From the IMG/VR virus record IMGVR_UViG_3300047489_000453, positions 32,001 to 96,000 of that record: a stretch of 64,000 bases of DNA, one strand, 5' to 3'. The position numbers and the translations under genes were made by a program. This DNA comes from a virus. Each line of letters opens with the position of its first letter. The first letter of the stretch is position 1. A model generated the notes under the pieces. It worked only from the letters and a program-made list of their open reading frames with translations, was not told where the DNA came from and made no database searches. Shown piece by piece: positions 37,838 to 48,009 of this stretch.

Positions 37838-38236
37838 TTACTTATCAAGATTTAAATCGCCTATAAACTTACGAGTTATCCTGTAGGAATCGTCATCAAA
37901 GTGTTGAGTTGAGAACTCTGTTATTTTGGCGTCGGTCACACCATAGAACTGATGAACTACCCCAGGCTCGACGTGCCAAGCCTGCCCTGCGGATAGCATG
38001 ATCTGCTTAAAGCTAGGAACGTTGTCTCCAACTACAGGGCTTACAGAATATACAAATAGGACTTTGCCCTCAGTAACTAGTAAGACTTCGTCTTTTATCT
38101 TGTGATAATGATAACTACAGTATCCGTCTTTATTAAGAGTCAGTAGCTTACCGCAGTATTTGTCGCTGTTTGCTACCCATACTTCTGTGCCCCATGTCTT
38201 GGGAGCAAACGTCATTTTATCTACAAATCCCGGCAT
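37838..38236 (-). CDS. Cupin-domain protein (sugar isomerase-like)
   Basis: KTWGTE..YCGK..SYHYHKIKDE..PGVVHQF..EFST..DSYR. Confidence 0.8.
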   Translation of the reverse strand: MPGFVDKMTFAPKTWGTEVWVANSDKYCGKLLTLNKDGYCSYHYHKIKDEVLLVTEGKVLFVYSVSPVVGDNVPSFKQIMLSAGQAWHVEPGVVHQFYGVTDAKITEFSTQHFDDDSYRITRKFIGDLNLDK

Positions 38237-38331
38237 AAGAACTCCAGTTGTCTTAAAACAGCAAGTATGGCATTATTCTACCAGCCCGTGGTCTGGGCTC
38301 ATACATATTATGGCATACAGGCAGAGACAAT

Positions 38332-39057
38332 ATGATAAAAATACCGCTGGTTATAAACAATAGAAACAGGTTTACATATCTTAAAGCCATGATTGACTGG
38401 TTTAAACCTGATCGAATGGCTGAGATAATAATATTAGACAACGACTCCACGTATGAGCCGCTTCTTGATTACTATAAAACATTGGATTGCCAGGTGGTTA
38501 AGCTTGGCAAGAACCTTGGACATACGGCTTTATACAGCTGGAATGGGCATCATAACTTTAAGAGTAAAAACTTCATCTATACAGACCCAGATCTGCTGCC
38601 TACTGAAACCTGTCCTAAAAACATAATACCGTACTTGATGTACCTTAAACATGAGCACTTCTTTAGCAACAAGATAGGAATAATGCTTGAGACCACAGAT
38701 TTGCCTGATCATTATAAGTACAAGAAAGATGTCTTAGAGCTTACTAAGCATTACTGCCACAATAGGCTAAAGACTTGCTTTATAAGCCACGTTGATACAA
38801 CGTTTGCCATGTACGACATTGATAACGTAGCAGGAAAAGAACACTTTCTAGGTAACTGTCTTTTGACCGACAGGCCTTATGTAATGAGGCACCTGCCATG
38901 GTACGAAGACAGTAATAACCTTTCAGAAGAACAGGTATATTACGCAGCCCATGCTGACGCTACTTTTACAAACTTTAGTAATAAAGTTGTTACAGTAGGT
39001 CAGTGGACAAGGCTTACTAGAAAGGACTTGATAGATGAGGGAAAGATAAAAGTCTAG
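38332..39057 (+). CDS. Glycosyltransferase family 2-like
   Basis: INNRNR..ILDNDSTY..NLGH..YTDPD..DTTFAMY..RHLPWY. Confidence 0.75.
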   Translation: MIKIPLVINNRNRFTYLKAMIDWFKPDRMAEIIILDNDSTYEPLLDYYKTLDCQVVKLGKNLGHTALYSWNGHHNFKSKNFIYTDPDLLPTETCPKNIIPYLMYLKHEHFFSNKIGIMLETTDLPDHYKYKKDVLELTKHYCHNRLKTCFISHVDTTFAMYDIDNVAGKEHFLGNCLLTDRPYVMRHLPWYEDSNNLSEEQVYYAAHADATFTNFSNKVVTVGQWTRLTRKDLIDEGKIKV

Positions 39058-39059
39058 TA

Positions 39060-39830
39060 TCACTTACGCCTAACGGCATGTGCATAAACATAAGAGATAG
39101 ACATCTGAAATGAGCTTATCTCGTTATTGCTGTGCTTTCCGTAAAAAGCGTTAAGTCTATCAACTAATATCTTGTTCTTTTCAAAAAAAGTCTCAACAGG
39201 CGTATAAACCGGCTGCTTATATATTGGCATAAGGCCTGACCTAGTCATGTAGGCGTCGTAGGTATAAAGAGGATAAATTGCCCTTTGAACTGGGAGTATG
39301 TTGCCAAGCTCCCTATGCTCTTTATCGCTTAAAACCATGTGCGCGAACGCTTTGTTTATTCTTTTATAGATATGCCCGCCATGTCTTGCACAGATGGGGT
39401 GAAACCTGATATAGGCCATGCCGTCTTCTTTTAGCATAGTCCTTATCTTATACAGATCGAACACGGGGTCGTGAGAGTGATCAAACACATCGTTCATGAA
39501 AACAAAGTCATAAGGCCCGTAGGTCATGACCTTATTCCATCTTGTTGTCATGGTAGCTGGGTTTTCTTTCCAGAAATCATTCTCATAAAATACAGCATCA
39601 AAGCCTACTGACTCGGCCCCAAGCTCGCGGCAGAGCTTAACTAGATGGCCTGTTCCGCAGCCGTAATCTAATACTTTCTTGTTCTTTACGTCTTTCTTTA
39701 CCACCTCTCGTAAGAACAGCTCTGCATTAGCTTTATGACTGGCATCGCTTCCTTCTGCGTCGACTACTTCTTGCGGTAAAGCTTCAGGCCATTCTTTTGA
39801 CTCAAGCATCTCCATAACTTGTTTTAACAC
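39060..39830 (-). CDS. Class I SAM-dependent methyltransferase
   Basis: VLDYGCGTG, YDFVF..DVFDH. Confidence 0.82.
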   Translation of the reverse strand: MLKQVMEMLESKEWPEALPQEVVDAEGSDASHKANAELFLREVVKKDVKNKKVLDYGCGTGHLVKLCRELGAESVGFDAVFYENDFWKENPATMTTRWNKVMTYGPYDFVFMNDVFDHSHDPVFDLYKIRTMLKEDGMAYIRFHPICARHGGHIYKRINKAFAHMVLSDKEHRELGNILPVQRAIYPLYTYDAYMTRSGLMPIYKQPVYTPVETFFEKNKILVDRLNAFYGKHSNNEISSFQMSISYVYAHAVRRK

Positions 39831-39832
39831 GA

Positions 39833-40489
39833 TCAGCCCTTTCCTTTTGACTCCGCCTTTTTAAGGGCATCCATTATTGACGCCAGAGACGGGTGCCTTA
39901 CTATCATGCCATCAGTAAATGTTACATAACCTATACAGTCTAATTCTTCAAGAGACTTTGCAAACCTGGCCAGAGCGTTATTGTTTCTAAGATCGCTTTG
40001 GTCAGGGTCGCCACAAATAATAAGCTTTCCGCCCTTGCCTAGTCTAGTGATAAAAGCTTTCAACTGCTCCCATGTGCAGTTCTGGGCTTCATCAAGAATG
40101 GCTACGCAATCATCGAAGGTCCTACCTCTGATCATAGCCAGAGGGACGATCTCCATGGTCTTTATTATCTCTTGAGGCGAGACAGTAGTTATGCGCCTGA
40201 GCACGTCCTCTACTGGAGCTATCCACGGCCCCATCTTTCTGTTTACATCGCCTGGAAGAAATCCAAGCTTTTCGCCGCACTCTACGGTAGGCCTTGTGAG
40301 TATTATTCTATGGCATTTGTTGTTTAGAAATGATGTTATGGCAAGTTTTACAGCTTGATGGGTCTTGCCTGTTCCGGCAGGCCCTATAAAGAAAAGAACG
40401 TCTTTTTTTGGAAATATAGACTCTGACTCTCTCTGCGCCTCGTTAATGGGTAAAAGTACTGGGTTAAGGTCCTTTGGCATTTTTGCCAT
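39833..40489 (-). CDS. phoH: PhoH family ATPase
   Basis: GPAGTGKT, ILTRP, LGFLPG, RGRTF, ILDEAQN, GDPDQSD, VRH. Confidence 0.93.
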   Translation of the reverse strand: MAKMPKDLNPVLLPINEAQRESESIFPKKDVLFFIGPAGTGKTHQAVKLAITSFLNNKCHRIILTRPTVECGEKLGFLPGDVNRKMGPWIAPVEDVLRRITTVSPQEIIKTMEIVPLAMIRGRTFDDCVAILDEAQNCTWEQLKAFITRLGKGGKLIICGDPDQSDLRNNNALARFAKSLEELDCIGYVTFTDGMIVRHPSLASIMDALKKAESKGKG

Positions 40490-40527
40490 TTTATCTCCAA
40501 CCGGGAAAGGCCCGGCATTTAGTAATT

Positions 40528-40543
40528 ATGGAAACGTCTCCAC
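40528..40543. repeat. Dispersed 16-bp palindrome copy
   Basis: ATGGAAACGTCTCCAC, 2 mismatches, intergenic upstream of phoH. Confidence 0.65.
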
Positions 40544-40546
40544 TAT

Positions 40547-41140
40547 CTAACGCTGCTTGACCTCCTTCATAAAAGGAGCGTCGTCTATACGGATTAGGGC
40601 AACATTTTGTATGACAGACTCGTAAACAGGTTTTGTGTTCTTCCATATGACTAATCCAAACCTGTCATATTTCTTTCCTGTTTTATCTTTATCGTGCCAC
40701 CTGGATTCAAGCTCCGCCCACGGTATATAGCCTCGACAGTCATCCAAGGCTGGGTCCTCGAAGTACACGTTGTTAGAGTCGTAATCTATGGCTATTACGT
40801 AGTGTCCACTGTCACCTTCAAGCTCTGCTTGAGTGGAAGCCCACGCCTGCACTGTTATTATTACTGGTCGACCTGAGTCTAGATAACTTATAAGTTCAGA
40901 GTCAGACATGTCTTCATGCCATATCGTCTCAAAGCCACGTGACATGGCCGCTTGTTGAAGCTTATCCGGGCTTGTACCGCCTATTGGATCGGAATTAAGC
41001 TCCTCAGCTAGATTAAACTCGCTTTCAATACAGCCCCAGTAGTTAAACACGGAGCTTAAGACAGCTGGACCACAGGTATGGCTGCGCTGCTGCCTTATGT
41101 CTGGTAGGGGTATTCTATTTCCTCGCAGAGTCCTTATCAT
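40547..41140 (-). CDS. Stand-alone C39-like cysteine peptidase
   Basis: QQRSHTCGPA (Gln/Cys), GHYV (His), EDP (Asp). Confidence 0.82.
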   Translation of the reverse strand: MIRTLRGNRIPLPDIRQQRSHTCGPAVLSSVFNYWGCIESEFNLAEELNSDPIGGTSPDKLQQAAMSRGFETIWHEDMSDSELISYLDSGRPVIITVQAWASTQAELEGDSGHYVIAIDYDSNNVYFEDPALDDCRGYIPWAELESRWHDKDKTGKKYDRFGLVIWKNTKPVYESVIQNVALIRIDDAPFMKEVKQR

Positions 41141-41262
41141 GGTGGGCTCCCTGCAAGTTAAGGTTTAAGATGTAATAACGAACTACTAATATCCTACCCG
41201 ATTAGTAGTACGGATTAAAGAATTATGGTAAAAAATGACGTAAGTTATTAATTTACAACAAC

Positions 41263-43164
41263 TTACATATAGTTAAGGCTGTTCCTATAGGGCCCAGTTT
41301 GACTCATATAACCCTGGTTCATGGCGGCAGTGACTGGATTACCTTGCTGCTGGGCGCTTGAGGCGCCTCCGCCCATCAATCGACTAATAGCGGCTCCGCC
41401 TAGCAAGCCTCCGCCTGCTAATAGAGCCCATTTGGCCCATGGGTTATTTTGAAAAAATTCTAATGCTGGAAGCGTGTATCCTGCAGCCATTCTACGGCCT
41501 TCACTTTGAGCCGCTAGCGACGAGCCATAATTGCCTAGCCCTTTAACTAACGGCGTTACGGGGCCTTTGAATCGATCGGCTACTGCTTTTGAAGTTTCGT
41601 ATAACGAGCTCAAAGGAGAGGTCTTCAAACCAGTTGCGTATTGTACAGCTTCTAATGGATTCTCCTTAGCCCATTGAACTTTTGCTGCGTCAAAGCTTTT
41701 TGAGGTTCTGTCTACAAAATTGTTAAAGCCTTGGCGCATGTTAGTAAAATTAGGCCTATTAACGTCCTCCCTTACTCTGTTCATTGCTTCTTCGTTGCCA
41801 AACAATCCTCTAGCGGCGTCATATACGCCAGCCCCTGCCCCTCTTAAAGCATTAGTAGTTGCTGGGCTTCTTACGGTATCAACAAAACTAGGTTTTTGCG
41901 GCTGGGCTGCGCCACTATTAGACGAAGACGTTAAGCCTCCAACTATTGGACCGAATGCCGCAGTGCCTGCAGAGCCTGCAGGGCCTGAAAGCGAGTCGGC
42001 TGTGGCGCCTAGAACATTCTTGGCCCCTGTGTAAGTTTGCTTAAAAGCATCAGACATAGGCCCCGCTGCATTAGATAACTGTTTTTGCAGTGGTTTGTAC
42101 TTACGATAAGCCGCAATAGCGCTTGGTGAATATCGGCGCTTACTTGCATTATCTACAATACCCTTGCCTATCGAATTGGCTCCTTGCCAAATAGATTTTG
42201 CCGCATCTAGTGGGTTAGACGGCTTACCGGCTCCCTGAGCGGCGACGTCTTGTATGGCTTTTAGCTTGTCTTTGTCAAAAGGCTGGCCTAGAGAGCTAAA
42301 GTCAAAGTTAGGCCTAGCAGAAGTGTCAGCCGCTGATTTTAGAAGGTTTAAAAGCTCTGATCTTTTTCCAAACATAGATCCGCCGGTAGGGTTCACGCCA
42401 AACGTGCTTCTAGTTGCGCCTATTAGAGCCTTTCTGGCTGACGAGGCCCGTAGCTTCTTGCTAAGAGGCATGACACCGGCTCCAGGAGATGACTTTCTAG
42501 CTCTAGGCAATCCATCAGATGGATCGAAGTTAACTACGCCATCTTTAGAATCACCTGCACCCCTATTAGGACTGGTTACTACTTCGGCTAGTTTTTGCAG
42601 ATTGGCATCTTTAGACCATAAGCTAATAAGCCTGCTCATGGCTTTCTTTTCTCCGTTTTCTTCCATTTTTTCTAGTTTTTTGTAATAGTCTTTGTCGTCA
42701 GTTAAATGATCCATGGCTATTTCTTTAGCCAGGTCTTTATTAACAGTGTGCTCTCTTTCGTGATCGGCCCCCATCTGAAGCGACTTAGCCGGGAAGTCGC
42801 ACGGCCTCTTATCGTCAGCTGCGCCGCCAGGAACTATATCCTGGCTAGATCTAGCTTTAGGCTTGCTATTCTCAGTGTCGCTACCATCCAGGCAGCTACC
42901 TGAGCTACTTTGGTCAGTGCTTTCGGGGTTTAACTTTTTTTTTAAAGCTTTGGTAGCCTCACTCATAGCTTCAGCAAGCTTGCTTATGGCGTTTGCTGCC
43001 TTATCTGCTGGCTTTGAATCTTTTGATTTGCCGTCTGCTACGTGCTCTGGAAGCTTTTCGTCTTTTGTTTCTTTGGCCCACTCGTCACAATTCCAAGAGC
43101 CAGCCTCTCCTTTCTCTTTCAAAGCATAGCATAGTCTACGTTGTGCTTCTGATTTAAACGGCAT
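41263..43164 (-). CDS. Mosaic K-x-A-segmented protein (MPFKS..Q domain, DUF5661-like domain, C-terminal glycine zipper)
   Basis: MPFKSEAQRR; MGADHEREH..AKEIAMDHL....YYKKL; WALLAGGGLLGGAAI. Domain names from recall. Confidence 0.6.
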   Translation of the reverse strand: MPFKSEAQRRLCYALKEKGEAGSWNCDEWAKETKDEKLPEHVADGKSKDSKPADKAANAISKLAEAMSEATKALKKKLNPESTDQSSSGSCLDGSDTENSKPKARSSQDIVPGGAADDKRPCDFPAKSLQMGADHEREHTVNKDLAKEIAMDHLTDDKDYYKKLEKMEENGEKKAMSRLISLWSKDANLQKLAEVVTSPNRGAGDSKDGVVNFDPSDGLPRARKSSPGAGVMPLSKKLRASSARKALIGATRSTFGVNPTGGSMFGKRSELLNLLKSAADTSARPNFDFSSLGQPFDKDKLKAIQDVAAQGAGKPSNPLDAAKSIWQGANSIGKGIVDNASKRRYSPSAIAAYRKYKPLQKQLSNAAGPMSDAFKQTYTGAKNVLGATADSLSGPAGSAGTAAFGPIVGGLTSSSNSGAAQPQKPSFVDTVRSPATTNALRGAGAGVYDAARGLFGNEEAMNRVREDVNRPNFTNMRQGFNNFVDRTSKSFDAAKVQWAKENPLEAVQYATGLKTSPLSSLYETSKAVADRFKGPVTPLVKGLGNYGSSLAAQSEGRRMAAGYTLPALEFFQNNPWAKWALLAGGGLLGGAAISRLMGGGASSAQQQGNPVTAAMNQGYMSQTGPYRNSLNYM

Positions 43165-43221
43165 TGCTCGACTCCTAAAATTTATTGCATTAAAAATTCT
43201 AGCAAACTGCAGAGGCAGGCG

Positions 43222-43956
43222 CTATAGGTTATTTAGATTGAAAAACTTTCGATATCTAGCGGCCTTAGCCTGGGTTCCAGTGTAAGTTACTCCTTTGTCG
43301 GTGAAGTCCGTAGCTGGATAATACCCAAACAAATTGTTTTTTGGCACTATGTTTGATTTAAACTTTGCCAGCAGGCCCTCATCTAATATTGCAAAGTTCT
43401 TATTGCAGTAGTTCATAACTTCTAAGTCTAAGCACCACATAAGCTTAGATGGTTTTAATAAGTCGCTTGCAACTTGATTTACCGTGCTTACGACATCTTT
43501 TCTAAAGAAATTTACCATCATGTTTTTAGGCCTGGTCTTATCTACAAAGACCCTTGGCAGCCTGTACTGGTGATACTTACTAAAGATGTCGTTTATTCTT
43601 TTAATGTCTGGCTTTTTTATAGCAACAACGTCTACGTCAGTCAGCCCGACGTGGTCATCTACGACAGGCATTGAAAGCCACCTGCTTAGCGCGTAGTAGC
43701 CGTAGCAAGCTTTAGGTCTTTTATCCTTTTCTGGCAGCTCTATCTGTGAGAAGTTTGCGTTTATTTCTTCAAAAGTTATTGGGTCGTGGGTAATAAGTAT
43801 GTCATTGTCTGAGCAGTACTTGTCTACAGATTTATTCTTAGGGCCTACAAACCTTAAAGAAAATCTGGCGTTTGGCCAAAACTTCTTTATAGAAGTGTGC
43901 CAATTTAGAAAAAACAAATCAAAATATACCTGCTCTGCTGCAGTGTGAAATATCAT
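43222..43956 (-). CDS. Putative glycosyltransferase (DxD)
   Basis: YYALSRW..LTDVDV; coupled to FkbM-type gene. Confidence 0.45.
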   Translation of the reverse strand: MIFHTAAEQVYFDLFFLNWHTSIKKFWPNARFSLRFVGPKNKSVDKYCSDNDILITHDPITFEEINANFSQIELPEKDKRPKACYGYYALSRWLSMPVVDDHVGLTDVDVVAIKKPDIKRINDIFSKYHQYRLPRVFVDKTRPKNMMVNFFRKDVVSTVNQVASDLLKPSKLMWCLDLEVMNYCNKNFAILDEGLLAKFKSNIVPKNNLFGYYPATDFTDKGVTYTGTQAKAARYRKFFNLNNL

Positions 43957-44579
43957 GAAGGGATATAAATCCTCTCGTGCATTATTGATTCATATTTTGT
44001 GTAGTTTCTTTGAGCAAGCCAAGACTCTATGTCTGCGTCTTTAAACCCAAACCTTTCACCGTGGCTCATCCATTCCAAGGCAATTACTGGTCTATATTTC
44101 TCTATGGTAACAGCCGAGCCTCTTAGAGCAGGAAGCTCCCAGCCTTCTATATCGAAATGGATTAAGTCGCAGCCTTCAAGCCCCAGGTCGTCTACCATTA
44201 GAGTGGGTATAAGACCGGTAGTCTCAGGTATTATTGAATAACATCCGATGTTCTTTTTGCTGTTGGTCAGGGCTACGAGCTGCCTGCAGTCTCCTATGCA
44301 CGCCTGCTGCTTAAAAACATTAGCAGCAGAGGCGTTTAAGGTAAGGCAATAAAAATTAAGATTGTCGGGCTCAAATGTATAAACGGACTTAAATATGTTT
44401 CCGTAAAGCTTAGGATAAAAGCCGCAGTTACCGCCGGCTTGTACAGCTACATTTTTATTTTTGCAGTGTGACGAGATTATTGACGGTAAGTCTTTTTCTC
44501 TTTGAAGCCAAGGCCAGCATTTCATGTCTTTAGAGGGCCAGTACCAGCCGTCTTTTAAAATAACTTCTTTTTTTAGCAT
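43953..44579 (-). CDS. FkbM-family methyltransferase
   Basis: VQAGGNCG, VYTFEP, LIHFDIEGWE..ALRG..TI...RPVI. Confidence 0.85.
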   Translation of the reverse strand: MLKKEVILKDGWYWPSKDMKCWPWLQREKDLPSIISSHCKNKNVAVQAGGNCGFYPKLYGNIFKSVYTFEPDNLNFYCLTLNASAANVFKQQACIGDCRQLVALTNSKKNIGCYSIIPETTGLIPTLMVDDLGLEGCDLIHFDIEGWELPALRGSAVTIEKYRPVIALEWMSHGERFGFKDADIESWLAQRNYTKYESIMHERIYIPS

Positions 44580-44604
44580 TTATGTGGCCTCTTGAGTTTT
44601 CTGA

Positions 44605-45381
44605 TTATACCTTACCGGCTTTCAGGGCGTATACCCAATCTCTTATGATTTCAGGAGTTATTCTGTTCATTGCCGCCGTACAGTGCGAACACTTTATCTT
44701 CATTCCACAGGGCGTACCACCTGTGAATATGTTTACGTGGATTGGGTATCCAGTCTGAACTGGGGATATGTAGCCGCCAAATATTACCACCGCTTTCTTA
44801 TTTACAGCAGCAGCCGCATGGTGCAGCCCTCCTTCCGGTAGAACGCATAGCGCTATATTTGATATCAAGGAGGCGGCATGCCTAAAGCTCGGTGGCTGTA
44901 TTACATTTATACCTTTTATCTTTTTGTATTCTGGTTTTGAGATCTGTACCCAATTGACATCTGGCGCCAGGCTTACTAGCTTTTCCCAGTTAGGCCAGCC
45001 CCAATCTTTGTTTACAGTGGCTATTTGTTTTAAGTTTGGCTCTATTATTACAGCGTCTCTACCTATCTTGCCTGCATTATCAATACCGTACTTAATCTCC
45101 TCGTCTGTAAAGAAAAACTCTCCAACAGAAGGACCGACGTTGGTCCACGTCCTTTTTTCTTTTGTCTCACTGGCCCTATATCTTCTTCCTGCGTTTGCGC
45201 CTATCCAGTGTACAAGTGCGCCCCTTTTGACTTCTTCAATGGTTGCCATATTAGGATTATTGAAAAATACTTCCGACCATCTCTGGCGGTTTTTATCCAT
45301 TTTTACGGCAATTTTACGATTAATGGTCTTGGCGAGTATTTTTACCTCACCAGTAACCATAAGGTCGTCACCTAGCCCCAT
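44605..45381 (-). CDS. Glycosyltransferase family 9 (heptosyltransferase-like)
   Basis: MGLGDDL..NKDW..W..EGGLHHAAAA..VVIFG..C..C..M..I. Confidence 0.75.
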   Translation of the reverse strand: MGLGDDLMVTGEVKILAKTINRKIAVKMDKNRQRWSEVFFNNPNMATIEEVKRGALVHWIGANAGRRYRASETKEKRTWTNVGPSVGEFFFTDEEIKYGIDNAGKIGRDAVIIEPNLKQIATVNKDWGWPNWEKLVSLAPDVNWVQISKPEYKKIKGINVIQPPSFRHAASLISNIALCVLPEGGLHHAAAAVNKKAVVIFGGYISPVQTGYPIHVNIFTGGTPCGMKIKCSHCTAAMNRITPEIIRDWVYALKAGKV

Positions 45382-45392
45382 GACTCATTCCT

Positions 45393-47216
45393 TTACATTT
45401 TCATACGAAATTTTTTATACCATACGGCGAACATAACTATAGTGAATAGCTCTTTTTGGGCATTTAGCCCAGGTCCGGCTGACGGCTTGCCGCTTGCCTT
45501 TTTAGGACCGATATGGTTTACATTATTTAAATATTTGTTGTCTATATCTGCGGAGTTTATTTCGAATATTTCCATTATTTCCCGGTCACTAAGAATATCT
45601 CTGAAATAAGCCCTTATAGGTGAATTCTTCTTGGCCGGGTAGGCCTGAGTGCCGATTACCCAATCGTCAGTAGGAGCCCTCCAGCCTGTCTTGTTTTTAG
45701 TTGTTATAAACTCTGGGAGCTTTGAGTTGTAAGCAAGCCTTAGTAAGTTTTTATTGCACTGATCCCATCTTAGCTTGGAATGCTTTGGAGCGGCTTTTAG
45801 GTTTCCAGGTATACTTCTAGCAAAGTTTTTAAAAACATTACACATCATTGGAAACCTGGCTTCCATTCCAAAGGCCATTCCCAACTTGTCGTTTCTTACT
45901 AAAAAATCCTCACTTAAAGTGTGGAGGCTCTCTATGTACATTATGTCATTAAGATTATTACCAGTCAGGCCGCCTTTTGGAATCCACGACATAAGATACT
46001 CGTGCTGATCTTTGTTTGTAAGCGCCTTTGCTGGATCTAATAGTTTTCTGTGGTGTAGCCTAAGGCTGTCAAGCCTGTCATTAAAAGTGGCATGATTAAA
46101 GTAGTGCTTGTACCCGGCTAGCAGTTCGTCTCCTCCGTCACCGCTCAATGTGACTATTACGCCGTTGTCGCGCAGAAACTTATTAGTGGCGTAATAAGCC
46201 GAGTAACTTTTACCCTGCCTAGGCTCTTCAAGGGCCAGAACCGCAGACTCAAGATTGTCCAGCCAAGCCTGTTCGTTTATTTTTATTTCTTTATGGTCAG
46301 AGCCATAAAGCTCTGCAAGCTGCTTGGCTAAGACGGCATCCTCGTTATGGTTGCACTTTTTATGCGGAATATCAAATTTTGTGGAAAAGGTATGGGCGCT
46401 TATACCAAGTGATTTTGACATTTCGTAAAGAACAGACGAGCTGTCCATGCCGCCGCTAAGAAACAAGCCTACCTGCCTGCGCCCCATAAGTGTCATACTT
46501 ACGGCTTGTTTAAGCTTATCGTGAAGTAGAAGCGGAATGTCTTCTTCGTTCGAAGTAAATGGGTCTATCGGCCTGTTATTAATATTACTGCTATATTTGA
46601 CTCCTGTTCTTATATCCAGCTCTATAATTTCACCGGGTACAAGCCTGCTTATATTCTTGAAGCACGTTATTGGCCCGGCCGTCAGGCCTGAATAATAGAA
46701 GTGCTTGAACCCGTCTATGGACACTTTTCTCTCAAACCCAAGCTCAAGTAAGCTTGCCACCTCTGACGAGAATGCGAGTTTATTTTTTAGATATCCATAG
46801 AATAAAGGCTTGGCTCCGTTACTATCCCTTGCCAGTAGCAGCTTCTTTGATTTCTTATTATAAATAGCCACGGCAAACATACCGTCGCACTCGTATAAAA
46901 AGTCTTTTCCAAACTTTTCATACCCTTTGATTAAAACTTCGGTGTCTGTATCAGACACGAAGTCGCCGCCTATCTTAGCTCTAAGGGATTTGTAGTTATA
47001 GATTTCGCCGTTGTATACCATGACACTTGATTCAGTGTGCCATGGCTGGCTTGATTGTGGAGGCGTATCCACTATTGATAAAAGATTATGCCCCAAGGTT
47101 ATAAAGTCGTCGCCCCATATACCTTCGCCGTCTGGGCCTCTGTGTCTTGCTTTTTTAACCATGGCCGGCATGGCGCCGGTGTCATCTTTCCAACAAAATC
47201 CATGAATACCGCACAT
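45393..47216 (-). CDS. asnB: Asparagine synthase-like glutamine amidotransferase
   Basis: MCGI Ntn nucleophile, HRGPD, YNGEIYN, ARD..G.KPL, LSGGMDSS, LSGDGGDE, EARFP. Confidence 0.9.
   Translation of the reverse strand: MCGIHGFCWKDDTGAMPAMVKKARHRGPDGEGIWGDDFITLGHNLLSIVDTPPQSSQPWHTESSVMVYNGEIYNYKSLRAKIGGDFVSDTDTEVLIKGYEKFGKDFLYECDGMFAVAIYNKKSKKLLLARDSNGAKPLFYGYLKNKLAFSSEVASLLELGFERKVSIDGFKHFYYSGLTAGPITCFKNISRLVPGEIIELDIRTGVKYSSNINNRPIDPFTSNEEDIPLLLHDKLKQAVSMTLMGRRQVGLFLSGGMDSSSVLYEMSKSLGISAHTFSTKFDIPHKKCNHNEDAVLAKQLAELYGSDHKEIKINEQAWLDNLESAVLALEEPRQGKSYSAYYATNKFLRDNGVIVTLSGDGGDELLAGYKHYFNHATFNDRLDSLRLHHRKLLDPAKALTNKDQHEYLMSWIPKGGLTGNNLNDIMYIESLHTLSEDFLVRNDKLGMAFGMEARFPMMCNVFKNFARSIPGNLKAAPKHSKLRWDQCNKNLLRLAYNSKLPEFITTKNKTGWRAPTDDWVIGTQAYPAKKNSPIRAYFRDILSDREIMEIFEINSADIDNKYLNNVNHIGPKKASGKPSAGPGLNAQKELFTIVMFAVWYKKFRMKM
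47057..47072. repeat. Dispersed 16-bp palindrome copy
   Basis: GTGGAGGCGTATCCAC, 2 mismatches, inside asnB. Confidence 0.6.
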
Positions 47217-47269
47217 ACGATTCTACTCCATCGTAATTATTTTTACGCTAGTAGGTATGTATTGCACAG

Positions 47270-47983
47270 TTATTTGGGTGGTTGGTAGTTAGGGCTTAAA
47301 ACGCCGCTTCTATATAAATTATACAGGTGGTACGGCAAAACAGGGGCGGCCGGCGCTGGGTGCATTCCAGCGCCGTGAGCTATAGCATCGGCGGTGGTGT
47401 GACCGGCTAAGTGCCCCAAAGCTTTAGGAGCATGCTGAACTGCTAGATTTGAAGCTGTATGGCCTACGGTACTGGCAAGATGAGGCTGAGCTGCCTGTGC
47501 CGCAGGTGCGAGAATCTTGCCTCCATAATAACCTGCTGTGCGGCTAGCCCCTGATATTCCTAAAGTTGACGCCATCGTATTAAAAGCGTGCTGGTCTTGC
47601 TCGCTTTTTTGCCTAAATTTTTCGGCCTCTAGCCCTTTAGTAGGGAAGCTTTTTTGCTCCCCAAGCCTTGCAGTTTCTTTAAGCCTTTCCAGGTCTTGCT
47701 GCTTAGTAGTCAGGCCTTTATGGCTAAGATAGTCACTGGCTTGCTGCTGCATAGTAGGAGCTTGCCTGGACGCCCACAGCTCATTTAGCGTAGGGTTTTT
47801 AGATGGACTAAAGGAGCGATCTGGAGGAACAGGAAGCGGTCGACCTCTACCGTCTAAAGGTCTTATACGGTCAGGGCTATTATACGGCTGAGGGGATTGG
47901 CCGCCTGGCGCTACCGGTTGATTGCCTGCGGCAATTTTTCCCATAAGCTTGCCAAAGTTTTCCGCTCTTCGAATATTAATCAT
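47270..47983 (-). CDS. Leader-bearing hypothetical cargo protein
   Basis: N-term MINIRRAENFGKLMGKIAA; Cys-free. Confidence 0.7.
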   Translation of the reverse strand: MINIRRAENFGKLMGKIAAGNQPVAPGGQSPQPYNSPDRIRPLDGRGRPLPVPPDRSFSPSKNPTLNELWASRQAPTMQQQASDYLSHKGLTTKQQDLERLKETARLGEQKSFPTKGLEAEKFRQKSEQDQHAFNTMASTLGISGASRTAGYYGGKILAPAAQAAQPHLASTVGHTASNLAVQHAPKALGHLAGHTTADAIAHGAGMHPAPAAPVLPYHLYNLYRSGVLSPNYQPPK

Positions 47984-48009
47984 GTATCACCTGTAAGTAT
48001 TGTATAATT

